A stretch of 63,337 nt of DNA, filler included, from Reclinomonas americana ATCC 50394 (Eukaryota): the NCBI GenBank assembly GCA_048213135.1. It is 4 parts of 3 records of this genome, joined end to end, with 100 filler letters (N's around TTAATTAATTAA, not from the genome) between each part and the next. Parts side by side here need not be neighbours in the genome. Positions count along the whole stretch, not along the records: positions 44,335 to 59,045 come from PS015601.1; positions 59,146 to 63,337 come from PS015602.1; 2 more parts are not named here. One strand, 5' to 3'. The notes below the pieces were generated by a model that made no database searches, was not told where the DNA came from, and saw only the letters and a program-made list of their open reading frames with translations. Of the stretch, positions 53,301-63,337 are shown one piece after another. Numbering within the stretch: the stretch's first letter is position 1; the number at the start of each line of letters is the position of its first letter. Position numbers and translations under genes: made by a program.

Positions 53301-56300
53301 GAGCGGAGGCAGTCTCACGACGACGGGCAGCATGCAAGCGGGCACCATCAGCACCGGCTCGACTGTGATTGTCGGCGGTTTGATCACCGGCGGCAGCGTG
53401 ACGACGGCAGGTAGCATGCAGTCGGGCACTGTGAGTTCGTTCGGTTTGGTGAGTGGCGGCAGTTTGACGACAACCGGTAGCATGCAAGCCGGCACGATCA
53501 GCACCGGCTCGACTGTGACAGCTGGTGGCTTGATCACCGGTGGCAGCGTGACGACGGCGGGTAGCATGCAGTCCGGCACTGTGAGCTCATTCGGCCTGGT
53601 CAGTGCCGGCAGCTTCACCACCACGGGAAGCATGCAAGCAGGCACCATCAGCACCGGCTCGACTGTGATTGCCGGCGGTTTGATCACTGGTGGCAGTGTG
53701 ACAACTGCTGGTTATCTGCAGTCTGGCACTGTGAGCTCGTTCGGGTTGGTGAGCGGAGGCAGTCTCACGACGACCGGCAGCATGCAGGCTGGCACGATCA
53801 GCACCGGTTCGACGGTGATTGCCGGCGGTCTGATCACTGGCGGCAGCGTGACGACGGCGGGTTATCTGCAGTCGGGCACTGTGAGCTCATTCGGCCTGGT
53901 CAGTGCCGGTAGCTTCACCACCACGGGAAGCATGCAAGCAGGCACCATCAGCGCCGGTTCGACGGTTGTTGCCGGTGGCTTGATCACCGGCGGCAGCGTG
54001 ACGACGGCAGGCAGCATGCAGTCTGGCACTGTGAGCTCGTTTGGTCTTGTGAGCGCCGGTAGCTTCACCACCACGGGAAGCATGCAAGCTGGCACCATCA
54101 GCACCGGCTCGACTGTGACGGCCGGCGGTTTGATTACTGGCGGCAGTGTGACGACGGCAGGCAGTATGCAGTCGGGCACTGTGAGCTCGTTTGGTCTGGT
54201 CAGCGGAGGCAGTCTCACGACGACGGGTAGCATGCAAGCCGGCACGATCAGCACTGGCTCGACTGTGACCGCCGGCGGCTTGTTCACTGGCGGTAGTGTG
54301 ACGACTGCTGGTTATCTGCAGTCCGGCACTGTGAGCTCGTTTGGTCTGGTCAGCGCTGGAAGCTTCACCACCACGGGAAGCATGCAAGCTGGCACCATCA
54401 GCACCGGCTCGACTGTGACGGCTGGCGGCTTGATCACCGGCGGCAGCGTGACGACGGCAGGCAGCGTGCAGTCGGGCACTGTGAGCTCGTTCGGGTTGGT
54501 GAGCGGAGGCAGTCTCACGACGACGGGTAGCATACAAGCAGGCACGATCAGCACTGGGTCGACTGTGATTGCCGGTGGCTTGTTCACTGGCGGTAGTGTG
54601 ACGACTGCTGGTTATCTGCAGTCCGGCACTGTGAGCTCGTTTGGTCTGGTCAGCGCTGGAAGCTTCACCACCACGGGAAGCATGCAAGCTGGCACCATCA
54701 GCACCGGCTCGACTGTGACGGCTGGCGGCTTGATCACCGGCGGCAGCGTGACGACGGCAGGCAGCATGCAGTCGGGCACTGTGAGCTCGTTCGGTTTGGT
54801 CAGCGCTGGAAGCTTCACCACCACTGGCAGCATGTACGCCGGCACGATTNNNNNNNNNNNNNNNNNNNNNNNNNNNNNNNNNNNNNNNNNNNNNNNNNNN
54901 NNNNNNNNNNNNNNNNNNNNNNNNNNNNNNNNNNNNNNNNNNNNNNNNNNNNNNNNNNNNNNNNNNNNNNNNNNNNNNNNNNNNNNNNNNNNNNNNNNNN
55001 NNNNNNNNNNNNNNNNNNNNNNNNNNNNNNNNNNNNNNNNNNNNNNNNNNNNNNNNNNNNNNNNNNNNNNNNNNNNNNNNNNNNNNNNNNNNNNNNNNNN
55101 NNNNNNNNNNNNNNNNNNNNNNNNNNNNNNNNNNNNNNNNNNNNNNNNNNNNNNNNNNNNNNNNNNNNNNNNNNNNNNNNNNNNNNNNNNNNNNNNNNNN
55201 NNNNNNNNNNNNNNNNNNNNNNNNNNNNNNNNNNNNNNNNNNNAGCACCGGCTCGACTGTTACAGCTGGTGGCTTGATCACCGGCGGCAGTGTGACGACG
55301 GCTGGTTATCTGCAGTCCGGCACTGTGAGCTCGTTTGGTTTGGTGAGCGGAGGCAGTGTGACGACGATCGGCAGCATGGAAGCCGGCACGATTAGCACCG
55401 GCTCGACTGTTACAGCTGGTGGCTTGATCACCGGCGGCAGCGTGACGACGGCAGGCAACATGCAGTCTGGCACNNNNNNNNNNNNNNNNNNNNNNNNNNN
55501 NNNNNNNNNNNNNNNNNNNNNNNNNNNNNNNNNNNNNNNNNNNNNNNNNNNNNNNNNNNNNNNNNNNNNNNNNNNNNNNNNNNNNNNNNNNNNNNNNNNN
55601 NNNNNNNNNNNNNNNNNNNNNNNNNNNNNNNNNNNNNNNNNNNNNNNNNNNNNNNNNNNNNNNNNNNNNNNNNNNNNNNNNNNNNNNNNNNNNNNNNNNN
55701 NNNNNNNNNNNNNNNNNNNNNNNNNNNNNNNNNNNNNNNNNNNNNNNNNNNNNNNNNNNNNNNNNNNNNNNNNNNNNNNNNNNNNNNNNNNNNNNNNNNN
55801 NNNNNNNNNNNNNNNNNNNNNNNNNNNNNNNNNNNNNNNNNNNNNNNNNNNNNNNNNNNNNNNNNNNNNNNNNNNNNNNNNNNNNNNNNNNNNNNNNNNN
55901 NNNNNNNNNNNNNNNNNNNNNNNNNNNNNNNNNNNNNNNNNNNNNNNNNNNNNNNNNNNNNNNNNNNNNNTGTGAGCTCGTTTGGTCTGGTGAGTGGCGG
56001 CAGTTTGACGACAACTGGCAGCATGCAAGCCGGCACGATCAGCACCGGCTCGACGGTTGTTGCCGGCGGACTTATCACTGGCGGCAGTGTGACAACTGCT
56101 GGTTATCTCCAGTCTGGCACTGTGAGCTCGTTTGGTCTGGTCAGTGCCGGTAGCTTCACCACCACGGGAAGCATGCAAGCCGGCACGATCAGCACCGGCT
56201 TGACGGTTGTTGCTGGCGGTTTGATCACCGGCGGCAGCGTGACGACGGCAGGCAGTATGCAGTCTGGCACTGTGAGCTCGGTCGGCCTGGTCAGCGCTGG

Positions 56301-59045
56301 AAGTTTCACCACCACGGGCAGCATGCAAGCCGGCACGATCAGCACTGGCTCGACTGTTACAGCTGGTGGCTTGATCACTGGCGGCAGCGTGACGACGGCG
56401 GGTAGCATGCAGTCGGGCACTGTGAGCTCATTCGGTCTTGTCAGCGCTGGAAGCTTCACCACCACGGGAAGCATGCAAGCTGGCACCTTCAGCACCGGCT
56501 CGACTGTGACGGCTGGCGGACTGATCACTGGTGGCAGTGTGACGACTGCGGGCAGTATGCAGTCTGGCACTGTGAGCTCGTTTGGTCTGGTCAGTGCCGG
56601 TAGCTTCACCACCACGGGAAGCATGCAAGCCGGCACGATCAGCACCGGCTTGACGGTTGTTGCTGGCGGTTTGATCACCGGCGGCAGCGTGACGACGGCA
56701 GGCAGTATGCAGTCTGGCACTGTGAGCTCATTCGGGTTGGTGAGCGCTGGAAGCTTCACCACCACGGGAAGCATGCAGGCCGGCACGATCNNNNNNNNNN
56801 NNNNNNNNNNNNNNNNNNNNNNNNNNNNNNNNNNNNNNNNNNNNNNNNNNNNNNNNNNNNNNNNNNNNNNNNNNNNNNNNNNNNNNNNNNNNNNNNNNNN
56901 NNNNNNNNNNNNNNNNNNNNNNNNNNNNNNNNNNNNNNNNNNNNNNNNNNNNNNNNNNNNNNNNNNNNNNNNNNNNNNNNNNNNNNNNNNNNNNNNNNNN
57001 NNNNNNNNNNNNNNNNNNNNNNNNNNNNNNNNNNNNNNNNNNNNNNNNNNNNNNNNNNNNNNNNNNNNNNNNNNNNNNNNNNNNNNNNNNNNNNNNNNNN
57101 NNNNNNNNNNNNNNNNNNNNNNNNNNNNNNNNNNNNNNNNNNNNNNNNNNNNNNNNNNNNNNNNNNNNNNNNNNNNNNNNNNNNNNNNNNNNNNNNNNNN
57201 NNNNNNNNNNNNNNNNNNNNNNNNNNNNNNNNNNNNNNNNNNNNNNNNNNNNNNNNNNNNNNNNNNNNNNNNNNNNNNNNNNNNNNNNNNNNNNNNNNNN
57301 NNNNNNNNNNNNNNNNNNNNNNNNNNNNNNNNNNNNNNNNNNNNNNNNNNNNNNNNNNNNNNNNNNNNNNNNNNNNNNNNNNNNNNNNNNNNNNNNNNNN
57401 NNNNNNNNNNNNNNNNNNNNNNNNNNNNNNNNNNNNNNNNNNNNNNNNNNNNNNNNNNNNNNNNNNNNNNNNNNNNNNNNNNNNNNNNNNNNNNNNNNNN
57501 NNNNNNNNNNNNNNNNNNNNNNNNNNNNNNNNNNNNNNNNNNNNNNNNNNNNNNNNNNNNNNNNNNNNNNNNNNNNNNNNNNNNNNNNNNNNNNNNNNNN
57601 NNNNNNNNNNNNNNNNNNNNNNNNNNNNNNNNNNNNNNNNNNNNNNNNNNNNNNNNNNNNNNNNNNNNNNNNNNNNNNNNNNNNNNNNNNNNNNNNNNNN
57701 NNNNNNNNNNNNNNNNNNNNNNNNNNNNNNNNNNNNNNNNNNNNNNNNNNNNNNNNNNNNNNNNNNNNNNNNNNNNNNNNNNNNNNTGTGAGCTCATTCG
57801 GTCTGGTGAGTGGCGGCAGTTTGACGACAACTGGCAGCATGGAAGCTGGCACCATCAGCACCGGCTCGACGGTTGTTGCCGGCGGACTTATCACTGGCGG
57901 CAGTGTGACAACTGCTGGTTATCTCCAGTCTGGCACTGTGAGCTCGTTCGGGTTGGTGAGCGGAGGCAGTCTCACGACGACGGGCAGCATGCAAGCTGGC
58001 ACGATCAGCACCGGCTCGACGGTTGTTGCCGGTGGCTTGATCACTGGCGGCAGTGTGACGACGGCAGGCAGCATGCAGTCGGGCACTGTGAGCTCATTCG
58101 GTCTGGTCAGCGCCGGTAGCTTCACCACCACGGGCAGCATGCAAGCCGGTACCATCAGCACCGGCTCGACTGTTACAGCTGGTGGCTTGATCACCGGCGG
58201 CAGTGTGACGACGGCGGGTAGCATGCAGTCCGGCACTGTGAGCTCGTTTGGTCTGGTCAGCGCTGGAAGCTTCACCACCACGGGAAGCATGCAAGCCGGC
58301 ACGATCAGCACTGGCTCGACTGTGACGGCCGGCGGACTGATCACTGGTGGCAGCGTGACGACGGCGGGTTACCTCCAGTCGGGCACTGTGAGCTCATTCG
58401 GTCTGGTCAGCGCCGGTAGCTTCACCACCACGGGAAGCATGCAAGCCGGTACCATCAGCACCGGCTCGACTGTTACAGCTGGTGGCTTGATCACCGGCGG
58501 CAGCGTGACGACGGCTGGTTACCTCCAGTCGGGCACTGTGAGCTCGTTCGGGTTGGTGAGCGGAGGCAGTCTCACGACGACGGGCAGCATGCAAGCTGGC
58601 ACGATCAGCACCGGCTCGACGGTTGTTGCCGGTGGCTTGATCACCGGCGGCAGTGTGACGACTGCTGGCTATCTGCAGTCCGGCACTGTGAGCTCGTTTG
58701 GTCTGGTCAGCGCTGGAAGCTTCACCACCACGGGAAGCATGCAAGCAGGCACGATCAGCACTGGCTCGACTGTGACGGCCGGCGGACTGATCACTGGCGG
58801 CAGCGTGACGACGGCAGGCACCATGCAGTCTGGCACTGTGAGCTCGTTTGGTGTGGTCAGCGGCGGCAGTCTCACGACGACGGGCAGCATGCAGGCTGGC
58901 ACTATCAGCACTGGCTCGACTGTGACGGCCGGCGGCTTGATCACCGGCGGCAGCGTAACGACGGCTGGTTATCTGCAGTCCGGCACTGTGAGCTCGTTCG
59001 GTTTGGTGAGCGGAGGCAGTTTCACGACGACCGGCAGCATGCAGG
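44335..59045 (+). CDS. Giant single-pass (probably type II) membrane protein with tail-fibre-like beta modules and a very long Gly/Ser/Thr 50-aa repeat; both ends missing
   Basis: Pro/Ser-rich N-terminal region; TM helix LCITWLWVAWVLLLIGCGIAFFFVW (~45158-45232) preceded by RRHR; then in-frame spliced modules RVGVGTSNPTKSLD|VGGGIQANGG..NVGYTF, LVLNYQEDFSG|GLQVG, GYTSFGHLNPRAQIDVAGGVRVNKG..SNAGYSFESDALTGMFA, GFVGFGVTNPSSTVHAVGGVRAGKGAPTSDNSNAGFSFSQDGDTGIFA; the repeat exon from ~48562 is open in every sequenced block. Confidence 0.85.
48685..59045 (+). repeat. Coding tandem array, 150-nt (50-aa) unit; about 56 copies sequenced, about 69 if the gaps are filled with repeat
   Basis: Consensus TTGSMQAGTISTGSTV[T/V/I]AGGLITGGSVTTAG[YL/SM]QSGTVSSFGLVS[AGSF/GGSL/GGSV]T with an exact 150-nt period; most differences are at third codon positions. 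Confidence 0.97.
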
Positions 59046-59089
59046 NNNNNNNNNNNNNNNNNNNNNNNNNNNNNNNNNNNNNNNNNNNN

Positions 59090-59101
59090 TTAATTAATTA
59101 A
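59090..59101. other. Artificial contig-joining spacer
   Basis: TTAATTAATTAA between N44 runs. Confidence 0.95.
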
Positions 59102-59857
59102 NNNNNNNNNNNNNNNNNNNNNNNNNNNNNNNNNNNNNNNNNNNNGAGAGAGAGAGAGAGAGAGAGATTAGAGTCAGCATGCAGTCAGGCCATCTCACAC
59201 ACTTCGGTATCGGGATGCTCACCATAATGGACTGGTAGGATGACAGTCGGTGCATTACGAGTAGGGCAGCATGCTCGGCCTTGAGCGAGTGCGGCAAGGA
59301 GGGGTGGATGGCTGAGGAAGCAATTGAGCGCACAAAGGAGGGAGACGGCGGAGAAAGAGAAAGAGAGAAACTCTGCAAGGGACATGAAAGAGGGAGAGCG
59401 GGATGACATGCATTCTTCGCAGTCGGAAGGAGAATGCCCACGGCGCACAGGCACAATGGGAAGCAGAGCAGTGATGCCAAAGTGGTGCGCAAAGCAAGAC
59501 GCGAAGAAACAAACATCGGTGACTCGCTCTCCTGAGGCACACACATGCACGAATAAGATGCACACACAACAGACTTCACAACAAGACAACAGACACAACA
59601 GATTCCCAAGTGATTCATCGAGCTCGCACACAAAAAGGAGGTGAGAAAGAGACACGTAAACAGAGGGAGACATGCTTCACGACCGCAGACTATCATTCAC
59701 ATGAAAGGGGAACAAGCACAACAACGACCTCTCTCTCCTCCTCTGTCGTCCTCTCTTCCCCCACCCGCACCCACATGATCACCCACTCTCCCTTGCAAGA
59801 CACGAAAACCAACTCACGATCACCAGCAGCCACCTTCCCTCCCTTCGACTCACCAAC

Positions 59858-60622
59858 TCAGCACCGGAAAAGGACGACCTCGGCATCTTCCGCGATGAAG
59901 CAGCGCAGAACCAGCTCGGGAAGGCATCGTGAATCTTCTTCATCCTCCTGCATCTCTTGCACAGCCAGCATGGCCAAGCGCGCGGCGTCGAGTTCGAGAC
60001 GAGCGAGGCCACGCGGCGTGGACCACAGTCGCACGGTCTTGTCGTAGCCACCCGCACTGACAATGTGCTGACCATCGGGAGAGACGGCCACAGATGACAC
60101 CCATCCAGTGTGTCCCTCCAACCGTCGCACCTCCTCTCCACTCGCCAGAGACCATACCCGAACGGTGCTGTCTCCGCACCCGCTAACAATGTGCTCACTA
60201 CCAGGGGTGACAGCGACTGACCACACCTTTTCGGTGTGTCCGTCCAGCCGTCGCACCTCCTCCCCACTTACCAGCGACCACACTCGTACTGTGCAGTCCC
60301 AGCTCCCACTGACAACGTGCTGTCCATTGGGGGTGACGGCGACAGATGTCACAGTGTCGGCGTGTCCAACCAGCCGTCGTACCTCCTCCCCACTCACCAG
60401 CGACCACACACGTACTGCGTTGTCGAAACTGCCGCTCACAACGTGCTTACCATCGGGAGTGACGACGACAGACATCACCCTAGGGTGCCCCTCCAGCCGT
60501 CGTACCTCCTTGCCACTCGCCAGTGACCACACTCGGACGGTACTGTCCATGCACCCACCAACAATGTGCTTGCCGTCGGGAGTGATGGTGACGGATCGAA
60601 CCACTGCGGGACTACGAATGAT
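59858..60622 (-). CDS. WD40-repeat protein (about 5 highly similar repeats) with a conserved helical C-terminal tail; 5' exons not identified
   Basis: Repeats of SGEEVRRLxGHxxxVxSVAVTPDGxHxVSGSxDxTVRVWSLx, then PRGLARLELDAARLAMLAVQEMQEDEEDSRCLPELVLRCFIAEDAEVVLFRC-stop. Confidence 0.9.
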   Translation of the reverse strand: MIRSPAVVRSVTITPDGKHIVGGCMDSTVRVWSLASGKEVRRLEGHPRVMSVVVTPDGKHVVSGSFDNAVRVWSLVSGEEVRRLVGHADTVTSVAVTPNGQHVVSGSWDCTVRVWSLVSGEEVRRLDGHTEKVWSVAVTPGSEHIVSGCGDSTVRVWSLASGEEVRRLEGHTGWVSSVAVSPDGQHIVSAGGYDKTVRLWSTPRGLARLELDAARLAMLAVQEMQEDEEDSRCLPELVLRCFIAEDAEVVLFRC

Positions 60623-61544
60623 CTGTGCCGATCACTCGCGGTGAGACGCACACACGCGCATCAACATTCACGACGCGCTCAACAACAACTGCACACATGC
60701 ACGAGCACATGGATGCACGCACAGACACCAACCACGCAAAAAAGTGCGCACACATTCACACCTTTGTTGTCATTCTCCGTGTGTGTGTGTGAGCGTGTGT
60801 TTGATTTGCTCGCTCAGGATTGTCACCGTTTCCCGCCTTTCTTCTCCCGCCTTGCTCCGAGACGTCGTCCATCCCTCGCTGCGCTGCAGCCAGCACCCCA
60901 CACAGCATGCGGTAGTGTGTGAACGATGTGGCTTCTTTGATGCGAGTGGGCTTTCGAAGACCGACATGGGACTCGTCGATGAGAAATCGACAGAATGGAC
61001 ATGCAAGGTGGTGGTGGTGGCACGAGGTGAAGCTCCACTGCTCCGTGCATGTCCAGCGACACTCTCTTTCTACTGCCCTGCATTCTCTCTCAACGAGGAC
61101 TGGCATGTCGGGCTGCTTGGATGTGCCCTGTTGTGGCCCAGTTGTGCTGATGCCACAGAATCCATGAAGAAGCGAGTCATGGATACCTCACGCCTCCTTG
61201 GATCGGCCCACAGCGAAGTTGATGAGGGCACCATGATGGCAAACGGTACAAGAGAGGAGCGACCAGCACAGCAGCACAGCGGTGGACGAGGCAGCTGTGC
61301 CGTGAGACTCGCCTCCTCTCACCCAACTCACAATCAACGCCTCGCGCCTTCAATCATACTCACAGTCGGTCGGTGCATTGTCTCATGCATGCACTGTGTG
61401 GCACGGAACCACGTGTCTTCGCATGCCAGTGACGAGTCACTTGCCAGCACGCCTGCCGCACAGAATTGAGACAGTCAATCTTCAAGTCCCGCCAACTTAC
61501 TCCTCAACGAAGATGCAGAACACGCACGCACCTTGTGTTGCTGG

Positions 61545-61900
61545 CCTTGCACGTATCCGCAGTCTCCTATGGCCACCAGTATCATTACCTGGCGGCGACA
61601 GCAGCAACCAAGAAGCGCACATCATCGATCCGCTCTGACTTGCCAACCGGGATCGAGAACGATCCACCGACCAGGCCACCCATCGGGAAACACGACACGC
61701 ATGTGTCCACCCATGAGTAGATTGCCGAACACGCGTCTGCAGTCTTCCATGGCCACCAGCATCATCATTCGACGAGACGGCGGCAGCCAAGGTGCGCACA
61801 TCATCAATCCGCTCCGACTCGCCAGCCGGGATTGAAAACGATCCAACGACCAGGCCATCCGTCGCACATCACGACACACATGTGTACATCCACCCAGCCA
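61545..61900. repeat. Tandem repeat, about 180-nt unit, 2 copies
   Basis: GCAGTCT.C.ATGGCCACCAG.ATCAT...GCGCACATCATC.ATCCGCTC.GACT.GCCA.CCGGGAT.GA.AACGATCCA.CGACCAGGCCA occurs twice. Confidence 0.8.
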
Positions 61901-62951
61901 CGCTCTCCATGACGTGCACGGCCTGCATGAATGAGGTGAGTGGGAGGGAAGGAGGAGAGAGAGATCACGAAGAACAGGGCCACACAACTGCTGAGTGCAT
62001 GGTGGGATGCGAGTGGGGAGCCGAGTGAGTGAGGTGACGGTCGACAACGGGCAATGCACATCACGCCTGTCATCGCCACGACATGCTTTCCATGGCCTCT
62101 GCATGCCGGTACACTGTGAGCAAAAGAAATGAGGAAGGAGAGAGAAATCTGCTCTGTCTCGATGACAATCACACAGATAAGCACCTGATACCAACTCGTG
62201 TTGGACAGAGGCAAGCCGAGGGACGCTCACACATCCATCCTGCAAGGGAGAGAAGGAGCAGAGTCAGTATGCAGGTATGCCACCTCACACGTTTCGGCAT
62301 CGGGAAGCTCACCATGATGGACTGGCAGGATGGCAATCGCGATCGGAACACGGTGAGCGGACCAGCAGCTCGACCTCGAGCGTGTGCGGCAAGGAGGGGT
62401 GGATGACTGGGGAGGCAAATGAGCGCACAAAGGCAGGGAGATGGCGGAGAAAGAGATAGACTCTGCAGGAGGCAGGAAAAAGAGAGCTGAAAGACAGGCA
62501 TCCTGCAGAGATGGAAGGAGAATGCCCACGGCTCACAGGCACGATGGGAAGCAGAGTATAGAGGTGCCAAGGAGGTGCGAAAAACAAGACGCGAGGGAAA
62601 CATACAACGGTGACTCGCTCTCATGAGGCACGTATATCAGCGAAGAAAGATGCACGCACAACAGACATCACAACGAGGGGAAAAGAAATCACAGACTCCA
62701 ATTGATTCATCTCGCTCGCATACACACACTGAGGTGAGAAAGAGTCACGTAAACAGCGAGAGACGTGCTTCACGCCCACCCACTCCCATTCACATGACAG
62801 GGCAACAAACACGGGAGAAGAATTCTTCATCAACAACCTCTCTCTCTGCCTCTATCGTCCTCTCTTCCCCCACCCACTCTCCCTCGCAAGACACGAAAAA
62901 CAACTCCCAGTCACCAGCAGCCACCGCTCTCCCTCTCTCCGACTCACCAAC

Positions 62952-63337
62952 TCAGCACCGGAAAAGGACGACCTCGGCATCCTCGACGATAAAGCAGCGC
63001 AGAACCAGCTCGGGAAGGCATCGTGAATCTTCTTCTTCCTCCTGCATCTCCTGCACAACCTGCATGACCAAGCGCGCGGCGTCGAGTTCGAAGCCAGCAA
63101 GGCCGCGCGGCGTGGACCACACTCGCACGGTCTTGTCGTCGCCACCCGCACTCACAATGTGGAGACCATTGGGAGAGACGGCCACAGACGATACCCATCC
63201 AGTGTGTTCATCCAACCGTCGCACTTCCTCGCCACTCACCAGAGACCACACCCAAATTGTGCCGTCTTCGCTCCCGTGAACGATGTGCTGGCCATCGGGA
63301 GTGACGGTGACACAATACACCCTTCCAGTGTGTCCGT
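62952..63337 (-). CDS. Second WD40 paralog (3' part; continues beyond the window)
   Basis: GHTGRVYCVTVTPDGQHIVHGSEDGTIWVWSLVSGEEVRRLDEHTGWVSSVAVSP..DKTVRVWSTPRG with a near-identical C-terminal tail. Confidence 0.9.
   Translation of the reverse strand, partial: GHTGRVYCVTVTPDGQHIVHGSEDGTIWVWSLVSGEEVRRLDEHTGWVSSVAVSPNGLHIVSAGGDDKTVRVWSTPRGLAGFELDAARLVMQVVQEMQEEEEDSRCLPELVLRCFIVEDAEVVLFRC

Larger units (their letters stand above)
59146..63337. repeat. Tandem duplication of the WD40 gene and its 3' flank, period about 3.1 kb
   Basis: 59170-60240 aligns with 62260-63337; the stop codons at 59858 and 62952 are 3094 nt apart, and about 700 nt of downstream non-coding sequence is also shared. Confidence 0.9.

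Noticed and set aside
48685..59045. 150-nt array as a CRISPR array or satellite; many antisense ORFs over it
   Set aside because: There are no unique spacers, and variation is concentrated at third codon positions of the + frame, so it is a coding repeat. The minus-strand ORFs are shadows.

Overview
Draft, gap-rich genomic sequence from an intron-dense microbial eukaryote (GC-rich exons, mostly 65-100 nt GT-AG introns, abundant GA/CA microsatellites). The window is at least four unrelated pieces joined by artificial N44-TTAATTAATTAA-N44 spacers (25857, 44279, 59090). Genes reconstructed by hand-splicing: a secreted lectin/LamG/cadherin/PAN mosaic protein, a possible divergent bHLH factor, AATF/Bfr2, a large unknown helical protein, a DUSP-domain ubiquitin protease (5' end only), an anoctamin, an RRM+WW protein, an SLC37/GlpT-type MFS transporter, a giant membrane-anchored tail-fibre-like protein with about 60-70 tandem 50-aa repeats, and two tandem WD40 genes. 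The most striking signal is in the splicing code: about 18 introns in eight genes use a donor shifted by one base (H|GTTGCG, usually GTTGCGT), always after a non-G exon base, alongside the ordinary donor class (mostly G|GTGCGT/GTGAGT/GTTTGT). All gene models and domain calls come from reading the sequence and recognising motifs; no database search or transcript data were available.
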